A stretch of DNA of 55,464 bases from Promethearchaeota archaeon (GCA_048938025.1 JBHLMP010000025.1:1-55464); one strand, 5' to 3'; counted from the stretch's first letter, positions 32,857 to 43,458 are shown. Numbers and translations are program-made. The notes: generated from the sequence alone by a model not told the origin.

Positions 32857-33609
32857 TTAATCGTTCTTAATTAACTCACGAATTTTATCATAAGATCCTA
32901 ACAATTCTAAAACTTGGGTATCATTTAGCCCTTCTTTAGGTTCTCCTTCAAAAATATTCTTTCCATTTTCTAATACGAGCATTTTATTTGCCCAGTTCTC
33001 AACAAAAAAGAGGTTGTGTGTAGTAAACAAAATGGTGATATTTTCGTCTCTCTTTAAATTCTCTATAATTTTAAGGTGATTATATATTGCATTGAAATCA
33101 AGATTAGCAAATGGTTCATCCAATATCAACAATTTAGGCTTTAATACTAATAAACCTGCTAAAGCAGCTCGTTTCTTTTGGCCCCAAGATAAATTAAATG
33201 GAGAATACTCTTTAAATTCTAAAAGGTCTACTGCTTGTAAAGCCCAATTTACTCTCTTTTTTACCTCTTTTTCATCTAACTTTAAATTTCTTGCCCCGAA
33301 ACTTATATCTTCTTCGATTGTAGGAGCAAATAGCTGATCGTCTGGATTTTGAAATAAAAATCCAATTTTTTGTCTAATCTTCCATAATTCTTTTTTATTT
33401 CTTGAAAGTGGCTTATCAAAAATCTTAATAAACCCAGATTCAGGTTTCAACAAACCAACCAACAATCTTAATAAAGTAGTTTTCCCCGAACCATTGTTTC
33501 CTGTTAATGCATATATGGAATTCTCTTCAATTTTAAGTGAGAGATTTTGAATATTAAATCCAGAATTATAACTAAAATTCACATTTTCAACCTCTACGGC
33601 AAAAATAAT
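32857..33609 (-). CDS. cbiO: ECF cobalt/nickel transporter ATPase
   Basis: GNNGSGKTT, FQNPDDQLF, LSWGQKKR, LDEP; frame extends upstream of GTG 33582 as IIFAVEVENV (start uncertain). Confidence 0.92.
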   Translation of the reverse strand: MIFAVEVENVNFSYNSGFNIQNLSLKIEENSIYALTGNNGSGKTTLLRLLVGLLKPESGFIKIFDKPLSRNKKELWKIRQKIGFLFQNPDDQLFAPTIEEDISFGARNLKLDEKEVKKRVNWALQAVDLLEFKEYSPFNLSWGQKKRAALAGLLVLKPKLLILDEPFANLDFNAIYNHLKIIENLKRDENITILFTTHNLFFVENWANKMLVLENGKNIFEGEPKEGLNDTQVLELLGSYDKIRELIKND

Positions 33610-34397
33610 GAAATAACCCCCTGATATATAAATTCTAAATTAATAAAATAAATTAAAAGAATTACTATTATTATACAAAATGTTAATAGGGTGAAATCAT
33701 GCAACTTAACCCTTTTTGCTGCAAATGTTATCTTTCCCGAAAAACCTCTCATCTTTAGACTTTCAAATAACTTTTCACTTCGTTCCATGTTCACTATAAT
33801 ACTTTTTCCCATTATATAAGCATGTGTCTTTAATTTTTGCCAATAAGTTGTGATCTTTTTACCTCTCACTTCCTGTGCTTCTAATATTTTCTTATTTGAG
33901 CTTGCCAGTATTGGAATATAATGAAGCATAATTACAAAAGATCCAATTAAGAATGCAGGAATTCTTAATTTCGTTAATGCTTCTATAAACTCTGAATAAG
34001 TTAATGTTGAGAAAAAGGACATGAATACAAATAATGCTCCAAAGACTCTTAAAAAAATCAGGAAAGCTAAAGATAAACCTTCTTTGTATATATTAATTTT
34101 AATCCCAATTTTTAACTGATAAATAATGTTGTCGCCAACATATAAAGGAATAAACAATGTAATTAAAAGAACAAATGGAAAGATAACTGTAAATCTCGAG
34201 AGAATATTTAAAATATTTAATCGAAAAATTAGATTGAAAATTAAAGTAAATATCAGAATTGTGGATATTAGATAAATATTATTAATTACAAGAAAAGGTA
34301 ATACGAGAATAAACGGTAAAATTAAGCGAACTAAAGGATGGATTTTATTTAAATAAATTTTTTCATTTTCATGACGAAATGGTAATGTAATTTTCAA
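33594..34397 (-). CDS. cbiQ: ECF transmembrane T component
   Basis: IHPLVRL, AQEVRG, SLKMRGF; multiple TM segments. Confidence 0.88.
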   Translation of the reverse strand: MKITLPFRHENEKIYLNKIHPLVRLILPFILVLPFLVINNIYLISTILIFTLIFNLIFRLNILNILSRFTVIFPFVLLITLFIPLYVGDNIIYQLKIGIKINIYKEGLSLAFLIFLRVFGALFVFMSFFSTLTYSEFIEALTKLRIPAFLIGSFVIMLHYIPILASSNKKILEAQEVRGKKITTYWQKLKTHAYIMGKSIIVNMERSEKLFESLKMRGFSGKITFAAKRVKLHDFTLLTFCIIIVILLIYFINLEFIYQGVISLFLP

Positions 34398-34547
34398 GAT
34401 TGTATCAGCAAGCCGGTTAGAATTTAAAGTTCATACTGAAATATAATATAGTAATATTTTATAATAATACTAAATTATAGGATAATAATATTCATTATAA
34501 AAAAAATTATTCATTATAATTAAAAATTAAGTAAAGGTGAAAATAAT

Positions 34548-35219
34548 ATTCATATCCCTGATGGATTACTTAATCCCACGATATTAATTACCCTTTCGAT
34601 TGTTGTTATTATTGTAATGATTCTTGGATTTTTCAAGATGGGTAAAGTTTTTGAAAACGAAGATTCTGAAAAATTAATACCATATATTGGTGTATTGGCA
34701 GCTGTAATATTTGCTTTTCAATTTGTAAATTATCCTATTCTTGGAGGTACATCAGGTCATTTAGTAGGGGGAACTTTAGTTGCAGTTATATTAGGTCCAT
34801 GGGCATCTGTTATTGTATTGTTTTTAATTTTAGTTGTGCAAAGTTTATTTGGAGATGGGGGAATTACTGCTTTAGGAGCAAATACTTTCAATATGGGAAT
34901 AATCGGAGGTATTGTTGGATTTTATATTGCAATGTTTATTGTAAGACTATTGAATAATACTTCAATTAAAAAAGAAATGAAGGTTGTAATTGCCACTGCG
35001 ATTGGATCTTATATTGCTATAGTGTTAGCCTCACTTATCTGTGGTATTGAATTAGGTTTATCTGGAGAAATCCCTCTTAAAATTGCTATTCCTGCGATGG
35101 TTTATTGGCATATTTTTATTGGCATAGGAGAAGCAATCATCTCTGCATTGATTATATTTTATATATATAAGACAAAGCCAGATTTTATAACAACAGAATT
35201 AATGTTGGGGGTAAAATAA
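34548..35219 (+). CDS. cbiM: ECF Co/Ni substrate-binding component CbiM/NikM
   Basis: ATT-CAT-ATC-CCT-GAT-GGA = (M)HIPDG; GTSGHLVGG, GDGGITALGAN, HIFIGIGEA. Confidence 0.93.
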   Translation: MHIPDGLLNPTILITLSIVVIIVMILGFFKMGKVFENEDSEKLIPYIGVLAAVIFAFQFVNYPILGGTSGHLVGGTLVAVILGPWASVIVLFLILVVQSLFGDGGITALGANTFNMGIIGGIVGFYIAMFIVRLLNNTSIKKEMKVVIATAIGSYIAIVLASLICGIELGLSGEIPLKIAIPAMVYWHIFIGIGEAIISALIIFYIYKTKPDFITTELMLGVK

Positions 35220-35222
35220 AAG

Positions 35223-35528
35223 ATGAGTGTTATTAATAAGTATAAATGGCCAATTGTTTCAGTATTTGTAATCGTTGGTGTATTAATGGTTATGATAGCT
35301 GTTGGATTCACAATAGGGATTTTATCAGAAGACCCAGATGGATTAGAAAGAGTATTAATTGATGAAAATGGTGAATCATGGTTAGAGAATTTAGCATCTC
35401 CTTGGGAACCAATATTGAGTTGGATAACAAGTGATTATGGAGCAGGTATTATTGGGGTTCTTATTTCTATTACTGTAATGATTTCAGTTTTCTACGGTAT
35501 AATTTATTATAAAAAAAAGAATCCGTAA
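35223..35528 (+). CDS. PDGLE-domain CbiN/NikN-like component
   Basis: SEDPDGLE between two TM helices, immediately after cbiM. Confidence 0.85.
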   Translation: MSVINKYKWPIVSVFVIVGVLMVMIAVGFTIGILSEDPDGLERVLIDENGESWLENLASPWEPILSWITSDYGAGIIGVLISITVMISVFYGIIYYKKKNP

Positions 35529-35685
35529 TTAGTATGAAATATTTTTTCCTATTATTATAATTTTTTATAAAAAGATTGATTTAATTCTCTAGGTATTTCT
35601 AAATTTTTAATCTAATAAAATAATGCCAAATTAATTAGAGAGTAATTTCTATTTAATATATTAGAAATTACTTTTTGATTTTTTT

Positions 35686-36282
35686 ATGAATCTGATATTT
35701 TTTATTAAATCTGCAACAGTTAATCTTAAAAACTACACTATTAAAGATATTCCTGGGTCTTCTGGTCGATTAGATGTAATATCGCGATGTATTCTTGCAG
35801 CAATATTAAGTAATAATAATTTTGAAAAAAAAGTTGAAATTTGGGTATTTTTAGATAATTATGGTACTTATATCTTCAATCCAGAATCGCTAGATTATAC
35901 AAATTTTCCAAAAAATGAATTATTGCTTACAGATTATTTTGTTAATTTCCTTCAAAAATTAAAAGCAAAAGAAAAATTAAATCAGAATCCACTGAATTCT
36001 ATTAAAATTTCTAAATTGAACATTATTGAAGCAATAAAAAAATCTCAACAAATGAATTATTGTATATTTGTTTTAAAAGAAGATGGAAAAGATTTTTTTA
36101 AATTAAAAAATATCATTCAAGAAAAGGATAATGTTATATTCATCATTGGTAGTCAAGAAGGCAAATTTATTAATTCAAAGGAATTACAAGCTTTAAATCT
36201 TCCATATCTTAGTCTAGGAACTCAGTCATATTTAGCTTCATCAGTTATACGACTAATAAAATTACATTTAAAGCAATTATAA
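35686..36282 (+). CDS. trmY: tRNA pseudouridine-54 N1-methyltransferase TrmY-like (SPOUT)
   Basis: DIPGSSGRLDVISRC, LKEDG, FIIGSQ, SLGTQSYLAS. Confidence 0.8.
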   Translation: MNLIFFIKSATVNLKNYTIKDIPGSSGRLDVISRCILAAILSNNNFEKKVEIWVFLDNYGTYIFNPESLDYTNFPKNELLLTDYFVNFLQKLKAKEKLNQNPLNSIKISKLNIIEAIKKSQQMNYCIFVLKEDGKDFFKLKNIIQEKDNVIFIIGSQEGKFINSKELQALNLPYLSLGTQSYLASSVIRLIKLHLKQL

Positions 36283-36345
36283 TAAATTTTTTATTAAAAA
36301 GAACTTTTAAAAGTATTACTTAAATTAAAGGATTTTGAAATTAAT

Positions 36346-37074
36346 TTGAGTGAAGAAAATAGAAAACGAGTAAAACAAAAACAACATCTATACAAATTTA
36401 TTGATGGCCCAGTAGAATTTCTAATTAAACATAATTTTTCTCCAAATTTACTTTCATATTTAGGTTTTTTTTGTTCTGTAGGAGCAGCGTTTCTTATAGC
36501 ATTAGGATTTATTCATTATTTTTTCTGGTTCGCTTGGCTTGTTCCTTTCTTACTGTTTTGGGCTGGTGCTTTTGATGTATTTGATGGTGAAGTTGCTAGA
36601 AGAACTGGTAATATTACTAAATCTGGTGCTTTCCTTGATTCAAATTTGGATAGACTTTCTGACGCAATACTTATACTCGGATTAATATATGGTGGTTTTC
36701 TTCATTTTTTACTTGGTTATACAATAATGTTTCTAATTATTATGATCTCATATATTCGAGCAAGGGCAGAAAATGAAGGTATTAATATGAAAGGAATTGG
36801 GTTTATGGAAAGGGCAGAAAGAATAATATTTCTTTTAATTGCCTTAATTTTAGAAACATGGTTTTATTATTTTTCAGAATTAATAACAGGAAAACCTTGG
36901 ACTATTTACAATCCAATTATTACTTCAAAACCGGTCACCTGGTTTTTCCTATTTTTTATATTGGGTTACATTTTCTTGCTTATTTTAACAGTAGGGCACA
37001 GACTATTGTATACGTTTAAATCCTTGAAAAATTCTGATGATGATAAAGAAGAAATGGATTTAAACAATATATAA
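36346..37074 (+). CDS. CDP-alcohol phosphatidyltransferase (archaetidylinositol-phosphate synthase-like)
   Basis: DVFDGEVAR...GAFLDSNLDRLSD, SYIRARAE, GFMERAER. Confidence 0.92.
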   Translation: MSEENRKRVKQKQHLYKFIDGPVEFLIKHNFSPNLLSYLGFFCSVGAAFLIALGFIHYFFWFAWLVPFLLFWAGAFDVFDGEVARRTGNITKSGAFLDSNLDRLSDAILILGLIYGGFLHFLLGYTIMFLIIMISYIRARAENEGINMKGIGFMERAERIIFLLIALILETWFYYFSELITGKPWTIYNPIITSKPVTWFFLFFILGYIFLLILTVGHRLLYTFKSLKNSDDDKEEMDLNNI

Positions 37075-37196
37075 AAAGAAGGTATATCTATTTTGACATT
37101 TCTACAAGAATCCATAAATTATTTAAGCCTTCTCTAATTCTAATACTTAAAATAATAGAAGTTTTAATACAAATAATCTAAAAAGAGGTCATAATT

Positions 37197-37472
37197 ATAC
37201 CAAAGAAACGAAAATCGGGAGGAAAGTCTGGTTCGAGCAAAGGAAAATATAATTTAGTTCAATGCTCGAATTGTGGTAAACACGTACCAAGAAGTAAAGC
37301 AAAAGCTTTTACTAAAAAAGTTAGTCTTGTTGATTATAGAATGTATTCAGAATTAAAAAAACAGGGTACTCTTATTCAAACACCAGTAAAAAAATTATAC
37401 CTCTGTGTGAGCTGTGCTATTCATAAGGGTAGGATTTCACAGAGAGCTAAAATTGAGCGTAAAGGTGGGTAA
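37197..37472 (+). CDS. rps26e: Ribosomal protein eS26 (S26e), missing from the ORF track
   Basis: (M)PKKRKSGG...VQCSNCGKHVPRSKA...LCVSCAIH; begins ATA-CCA-AAG-AAA after GAGGT. Confidence 0.95.
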   Translation: MPKKRKSGGKSGSSKGKYNLVQCSNCGKHVPRSKAKAFTKKVSLVDYRMYSELKKQGTLIQTPVKKLYLCVSCAIHKGRISQRAKIERKGG

Positions 37473-37504
37473 TAGCTTATATCTTGAATAAATTAAAGGA
37501 GATA

Positions 37505-39502
37505 TTAATCAATTCCAATACTTTTAAAAAAACTTGGTAGAGTATATATAATTTCACACTGATTTTCTTGAGTAATTTCAATAATAGCTCTAATCAAGTA
37601 AATGTTCTTAATATCCTCATTAGGGTCGTATATTTTTACTTTCGCTGTTGGCTTTATTTTAAGGTTGTAATTCTCAGCAATTCCAGTGATATTTTCATTG
37701 GTTTTTACTTTAATTCCGAATAATCCTAATTCATAATGTGAAACAATAAATAGAATTTGATTTTTCTCCTCATTAATTTTCTCAAAATGAACTACTTCTA
37801 AATAGTTCTCTTGAAGTTCTTTTGGAAGTTTTGAAAATGGAATTAGTTTTTTCTTCCCCGTAATATAAGGAAATGGTGTATAAAATAAGACATTAAAGCT
37901 TGAGATCTTTTTGATCTGTTCATTATATTTTTCCACATCTTTAACAGAATATGCTTTATCTAGTAAAATATCCAATTTACCTTCAGTAATACCTTCAGCA
38001 CTATAACCTTGTAGTACTGTAGCTATATAAGCTCTTTTTAATTTTTCTATTAAAATTTCACTTTTAAAAGGTAATTTGTAATCAATAGATATTTCTAATG
38101 CTTGATTATATAAATTAGCACCAATCTGAGGATGCCCTAATGCTAAAAAATAATCACCTAATTCACTAAATACAATAATGGCATCTAAAAAATTTTCTTC
38201 TAGATTCATGCTTGAAATTTCTTCCATAATATTCATAGCTGTATTCTTATCTTCTCCTTGAATGTATATAGCAATAGCTTTTCCTATAGCACATTTTAAT
38301 TTAAGTTTGTCATCCTCGTAAATCTCTGCCAATTCTTCAGTAAAATTATATTGTAATATTGCAGATTTATATAATCCGTGAAAAAGAAAAATTAAAGCCT
38401 TTAAATAATTTAAAGTTAAGCATGTTTTATAGTTGTGAATAATGGTGGAAAATAATGCTGCTCTCTCAATAGAATCAATTGCAGCATTTACATGCCCTAA
38501 AGATACTAACATGAAACCTCTTAAAAATTCCATTTTTGATATTTCAGAACATATTAATTGTTCTACAATTTCATAATCTTTTCGTTTGTTTAACTGTCCT
38601 GCTGCTAACTGTAGTAGGGATGATAAGAATCCATTTCCTTTTTTCAAAAATTGTACAGCGTCTTTAGATGCGTTTTTTACAATTGCTTCTCGAGCTCGAA
38701 TTATATATTCGCGAGAGATTTTTAAATTTTCAAGAAAATTAATTATACTTGCGATTTTCTCTTCCTTACTTGCAGGAAGATCTTGATTATCTATATATTT
38801 TTCTGCTATTTCAATGTCGTCAGCATATTGTGTTGCGCCGATTTCAAACTTTACTCCCACATCTGGATTTTCTATCTCTAAATCAGAAGAAATAATACTA
38901 CTCTCTGTTACACTCACAGCCCTCTCAATCAACCATGTGATTTTTTCTTCAGCAGGATAAATTTTTGAACGTTCGATCATGTAAGAAAGAGTATAGTTTA
39001 GACTTCGTTTCCAAATATTCTTAAAATAACTACGCATTTGAGGTTTTGAGATAGTTCTTTGAATTTTCAATAAAAAACTTGAGAGTGATAGAATGTTTAT
39101 TCTACCTTTATATAATAAATTTGTATTTTTAGCTAGCTTAAAATCATCTGTTACTAAATGTACTTCAGCATTTTCTTTCTCTTTCATTAGTTTTTTTCCC
39201 AATACAACAAGAGTTAAATCAGGATCTTGAGCAGGAAATCTTATATTATGAGATAGTAAGTCCAACTTAATCTCAGCTATTTCATCACTTCTAACTTTAA
39301 TAATATTTATTATTTTTTTGAATTTATCTATAAAAGATTGAGCTGCTCTAATCTCATTAAAAACAACTTCTGAGATATAATATTCGAAACCTAAATCTAA
39401 AGCTACTTTATTCAAGTTTCCCAGAATATCCCATGCTCTAATTGAATTCATACAAATAAAAAAATTTGCATCAAACACAATTTGCTGTTTATGGAAAGAC
39501 AT
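37505..39502 (-). CDS. PIN-domain nuclease fused to TPR-like helical repeats
   Basis: IVFDANFF, VFNEI, DPDLTL, LVTDDFKL; TPR-like LGDYFLALGHPQIGANLYNQAL. Confidence 0.7.
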   Translation of the reverse strand: MSFHKQQIVFDANFFICMNSIRAWDILGNLNKVALDLGFEYYISEVVFNEIRAAQSFIDKFKKIINIIKVRSDEIAEIKLDLLSHNIRFPAQDPDLTLVVLGKKLMKEKENAEVHLVTDDFKLAKNTNLLYKGRINILSLSSFLLKIQRTISKPQMRSYFKNIWKRSLNYTLSYMIERSKIYPAEEKITWLIERAVSVTESSIISSDLEIENPDVGVKFEIGATQYADDIEIAEKYIDNQDLPASKEEKIASIINFLENLKISREYIIRAREAIVKNASKDAVQFLKKGNGFLSSLLQLAAGQLNKRKDYEIVEQLICSEISKMEFLRGFMLVSLGHVNAAIDSIERAALFSTIIHNYKTCLTLNYLKALIFLFHGLYKSAILQYNFTEELAEIYEDDKLKLKCAIGKAIAIYIQGEDKNTAMNIMEEISSMNLEENFLDAIIVFSELGDYFLALGHPQIGANLYNQALEISIDYKLPFKSEILIEKLKRAYIATVLQGYSAEGITEGKLDILLDKAYSVKDVEKYNEQIKKISSFNVLFYTPFPYITGKKKLIPFSKLPKELQENYLEVVHFEKINEEKNQILFIVSHYELGLFGIKVKTNENITGIAENYNLKIKPTAKVKIYDPNEDIKNIYLIRAIIEITQENQCEIIYTLPSFFKSIGID

Positions 39503-39779
39503 AAAATATCGAGAGCGTTTTTTATTCTATAATATATTAAACTAATATTAATTTTTTTTAATTTTTCAGATATTTATAATAATATAATATTTTTAAAAAA
39601 ATGTGATTGAATAAGTCTATCCTTAGTATTTCATTGCAATAGTAATTTGCATAACAATAAATATATAAATATTTATATTATTATATTTAGACTAATTAAA
39701 ATTCACTTAATAATAGATCATAACCTTTATTACCGACTAATTAATAGATATCTATGAATTAAAAAGGCTAAAATCAAGG

Positions 39780-40295
39780 TTGACATGTATGACATCAGTG
39801 ATCAGTGTTATTGGATATTCTGGAACTGGAAAAACGTATTTTATATTGAATGCTATAAAAATATTAAAAAAGGTTTTGAATAAAGAAGTTTCTGTGATCA
39901 AATTTATTCATGAGCATCAAATCGATAAAGAGGGAAAAGATTCATACAAATACTCTGAAGCAGGAGTAAGTTATTCTGTTTTAAAGAATATTGATAATGA
40001 GACGACAATTTTTCTAAAAAAAGATGTTGATATTAGTTCAATAATAGAATGGCTAACAAATGGCCCATATAAAACAGACTTCATATTTACAGAAGGTTTC
40101 AGGGAACTTAATTATCCAACTGTATTATGTGTCAAAAATTTTGATGATGTTGAATCTCAGTTAACGAAAAATGTAAAAATGATTTCTGGGTCAATTTGTT
40201 TAATGAAAGACTATCAAAAGCATTACTTAGATTTGCCAATAATTAATATTGAAAAGGACTTTAAGAGATTTTTAGAAATTTTTAATATTAAATAA
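39780..40295 (+). CDS. mobB: Molybdopterin-guanine dinucleotide biosynthesis protein B
   Basis: VIGYSGTGKT, DKEGKDSY, TEGFR. Confidence 0.9.
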   Translation: MTCMTSVISVIGYSGTGKTYFILNAIKILKKVLNKEVSVIKFIHEHQIDKEGKDSYKYSEAGVSYSVLKNIDNETTIFLKKDVDISSIIEWLTNGPYKTDFIFTEGFRELNYPTVLCVKNFDDVESQLTKNVKMISGSICLMKDYQKHYLDLPIINIEKDFKRFLEIFNIK

Positions 40296-40312
40296 ATTGA
40301 TAAAAATAAATT

Positions 40313-42241
40313 TTATTCAAAATTTTTCCAAACGCTAGCAAATTGATGACATAAAAACTTGAAATTTTGTAAACTTTTTTTCCCTTCAGTATTTGAGAGA
40401 AAAAATTCGCTTAATTTTTCATAGACTTCAGTTTCATTTGAAAGATTATTTACTGAATCCTTAATCATCGAGATAAAGTTATGAATTGGTAAAATAATTT
40501 CATATAATAACCATTCTTCAAAAAATATTTGATCTGAAAGAGATTGTATATTATAAGTAATCATAATTTGCGTCAAATCTTCCATTGTATAAAAATATTT
40601 ATCTGGAATCTCAATCTTATAAACTTTCAGATCTTTTTTAAGCTGTTCCTTATTTAGACTGATAATATAATCTGGCCAAACATCATCCGAATAGTTAACG
40701 TCTTGGAACAAAAACAATTCTAAAACTCTTAATGCTATATTTTTACCAATATATCGACTACGTGGATCAATGAAATTCTTTGATGCTTCATCTGGTGTGG
40801 GTTGAATAAATATTTTCTCTATTAATACATAAAGAATTCTACAAATATGGTCTGCTATAATATCAAAATTAATTGGAGTATTACTTGGATCCTCACATAA
40901 AGCTTTATTTTCACGATTCATCAGATCAAAAAAGTTTGAATTTAAACTCTTCAAAAAAGCTCTAAAAAATCCGTAGTTTAATTGAGAAACATTTTTTTTA
41001 AATAATTTTTGAAAAAATAAATCAATATCATCTATATTTGAAGCGATAGATAAAAAATTCAAAAACTTCCCAATGTTTTTAATTGAATTAGCATCAATAA
41101 CATTATGTACTCTTTTATTATACTGATTTAATGTAGTTTTAAATATTTCAGGTAAAAATAATAAACCACTTACTTCTAAAGCTTCAAGTCCGCTCCCAAA
41201 ATAATATTTCATATATAATAAAAATAAATTTAATTGAGATTTGGCTGATGGAAGGTTATTTGCTTGAAATGTAGCATATAAAGTAGATTTTTTGTCAAGA
41301 AAATTAAAAATTTTAATTATTGAATTTTTTTTCTCTACACTGTACTCCATATTAGCTAAAAAACCCTTTTTTATAATATCGATCTTTGAAAACACGGAAT
41401 CTTCTACTCGAGATCCAACAAAATTAATAAAATCTAAAATGGGAGAAAAACTTTGTAATAATTTGCATTTTCTATAGAAATAATACAATAAGTCAACTAA
41501 ATTTTCTTTTGAATTTGGATATTCTTCTAAAGCAATTTGATATAAGTTCTCTCTTCCGTTCAATAATTTCTCATAAAATTCTTCTGGAACACCTTTAAAA
41601 TACTTAAGAAAATAATATAAAACCATATCATAATAAGAGTTAAAAATTGCATCTTTACTATCTTTTAATGTTATCATGAAATTCAGACCAATACCTTTTT
41701 CTTCTTCTTTAACTTTAACACCATCAAGTAAGATAAAGATTTTTTTTTTAATTGTCTTTCTGATTACGATTCCTAAAAGTCGAATAAGTAAATATAGATA
41801 TCCTGCTGGAAATGTAAAAATATATAATAAATCTTCTTGTATGTTGTTAGAAATTTTATCAAAATATTTCTTTACTTCTAGAGTTAAAAAATAATTATAT
41901 TCTAAAATTAAAATTTTATCAGAGATTTTTTCTTTAATTATTATTTTTAATGAGTTTTCATTAATTCCAAAAAAATTTTCAACAAAATACTTAAAAAAAT
42001 CATGAAAATTCTCATAAAAAAAGGTTGTATAAGTTTTTTTTAATACATTTTTTTGATTTTTTAATTTAAAATCATTCCATTTTGATTTAATGCCCATTTT
42101 AAATTGTTCAAACTGGTCTTTTTTCCTTTCTAAAATTTCAAAAAATATGTTTGTTTCCGTTTTATAATTGGGGCGATTCCCTTTAACCCTTTCTTCTATG
42201 AAATTTAAAATATCTTGTAAATCTTCAAAAGTCATTCTCAA
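40313..42241 (-). CDS. Hypothetical protein (642 aa)
   Basis: Long ORF; no motif recognised. Confidence 0.75.
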   Translation of the reverse strand: MRMTFEDLQDILNFIEERVKGNRPNYKTETNIFFEILERKKDQFEQFKMGIKSKWNDFKLKNQKNVLKKTYTTFFYENFHDFFKYFVENFFGINENSLKIIIKEKISDKILILEYNYFLTLEVKKYFDKISNNIQEDLLYIFTFPAGYLYLLIRLLGIVIRKTIKKKIFILLDGVKVKEEEKGIGLNFMITLKDSKDAIFNSYYDMVLYYFLKYFKGVPEEFYEKLLNGRENLYQIALEEYPNSKENLVDLLYYFYRKCKLLQSFSPILDFINFVGSRVEDSVFSKIDIIKKGFLANMEYSVEKKNSIIKIFNFLDKKSTLYATFQANNLPSAKSQLNLFLLYMKYYFGSGLEALEVSGLLFLPEIFKTTLNQYNKRVHNVIDANSIKNIGKFLNFLSIASNIDDIDLFFQKLFKKNVSQLNYGFFRAFLKSLNSNFFDLMNRENKALCEDPSNTPINFDIIADHICRILYVLIEKIFIQPTPDEASKNFIDPRSRYIGKNIALRVLELFLFQDVNYSDDVWPDYIISLNKEQLKKDLKVYKIEIPDKYFYTMEDLTQIMITYNIQSLSDQIFFEEWLLYEIILPIHNFISMIKDSVNNLSNETEVYEKLSEFFLSNTEGKKSLQNFKFLCHQFASVWKNFE

Positions 42242-42417
42242 ACAGACATTAAATTTAAATGTTAAAATCCAATATAAAACAACCCTTAATATTAAAAAGT
42301 ATTTATAATATTAAATAAAATTTAGAAAATAAAAATATTAGTTAACAATAAAAAATCTGTTAATATCTGCTAAATTTGAAAAAATCTTTTTATTTTCTGA
42401 GATTAATCATAGGTAAA

Positions 42418-43458
42418 TTATAAAATCTTTGTAATTTCATCTGTCTCAGAGTATTTAAGAGGATTAATTCTACCGTCTCTATCTTTGATCATTAATCCCT
42501 TCTCTTTTGATATGAACTCTCCAATTTTTTCAGCACTAATATTATTCTTTTTTAATAATTTAATCAATTCAAAAGAATAGTCATCATTTATAGCAATTAA
42601 TAATGATCCAGAAGATAATGTATTCAATGGATTTAAATTAAAAATTCTACTTAATTCTAAAGGTTCAGGTAGAATATCAATCTTACTTCTTTCTATCATT
42701 ACTCCTGTATCAGAATTCATCGCCATTTCAGCGATACCAGTGGCAAGTCCCCCTTCTGTTGGATCATGCATAGATTTAATATGAAAATGCTGATTAGCTA
42801 AGAGGGCTTCTTTAAAAACACTTATACCTGGATGATATAGATAATTTTTACATTTTTCTATAAAATCGGAAGAATACTCCTTTTTCACAAGAACATGTTC
42901 TTTTTCTCGACCAATAATAGAGGTTCCTTCAATAAAAACGCCTTTAGTCAATACTAGAGCATCACCAGGTTCTGCTCCTGATGTTAAAACTAGTTTTTCT
43001 TTCTCAACTTCCCCTAATAAAGAACCAATTACAATAGGTCTTTCAAGTCCTAAGGAAATTTCTGTATGACCTCCAACAACGGAAATATCCATCACTTTAC
43101 AGGCATCATAGATACTTTTAAATATCTTTTCAATTAATTCAATCGTTGTACCATTTTCTGGTAAAAGAATTGTTGATTGAAACCATTTTGGTTTTGCTCC
43201 CATACAGACAACATCATTAACATTCACATTTACTGCATAGTATCCAATCTCATTTGTTGTAAATGTAATAGGATCCGTTTTTGCTATTAGATACTTATTA
43301 CCCATATCAATAACAGCCGCGTCTTCTCCGATTTTAGAGCCTATAATAACTCTTTTATCTTGATTTATTAAATCTGAAGCAAAATCTTTTAGCATTCTAG
43401 CTAAGTATTTATGTTTGAGTTTCCCCACTGTGAAACTTTGGTTATTATTTGTCATCAA
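42418..43458 (-). CDS. AIR synthase (PurM/HypE-like) family protein
   Basis: GEDAAVI, TDPITF, NVNDV, VVGGHTE, MHDPTEGG, SSGSLL. Confidence 0.88.
   Translation of the reverse strand: MMTNNNQSFTVGKLKHKYLARMLKDFASDLINQDKRVIIGSKIGEDAAVIDMGNKYLIAKTDPITFTTNEIGYYAVNVNVNDVVCMGAKPKWFQSTILLPENGTTIELIEKIFKSIYDACKVMDISVVGGHTEISLGLERPIVIGSLLGEVEKEKLVLTSGAEPGDALVLTKGVFIEGTSIIGREKEHVLVKKEYSSDFIEKCKNYLYHPGISVFKEALLANQHFHIKSMHDPTEGGLATGIAEMAMNSDTGVMIERSKIDILPEPLELSRIFNLNPLNTLSSGSLLIAINDDYSFELIKLLKKNNISAEKIGEFISKEKGLMIKDRDGRINPLKYSETDEITKIL

Noticed and set aside
42418-43458. SelD or selenoprotein call
   Set aside because: No N-terminal Cys/Sec-x-x-Lys motif and no in-frame TGA; fits the generic AIR synthase family
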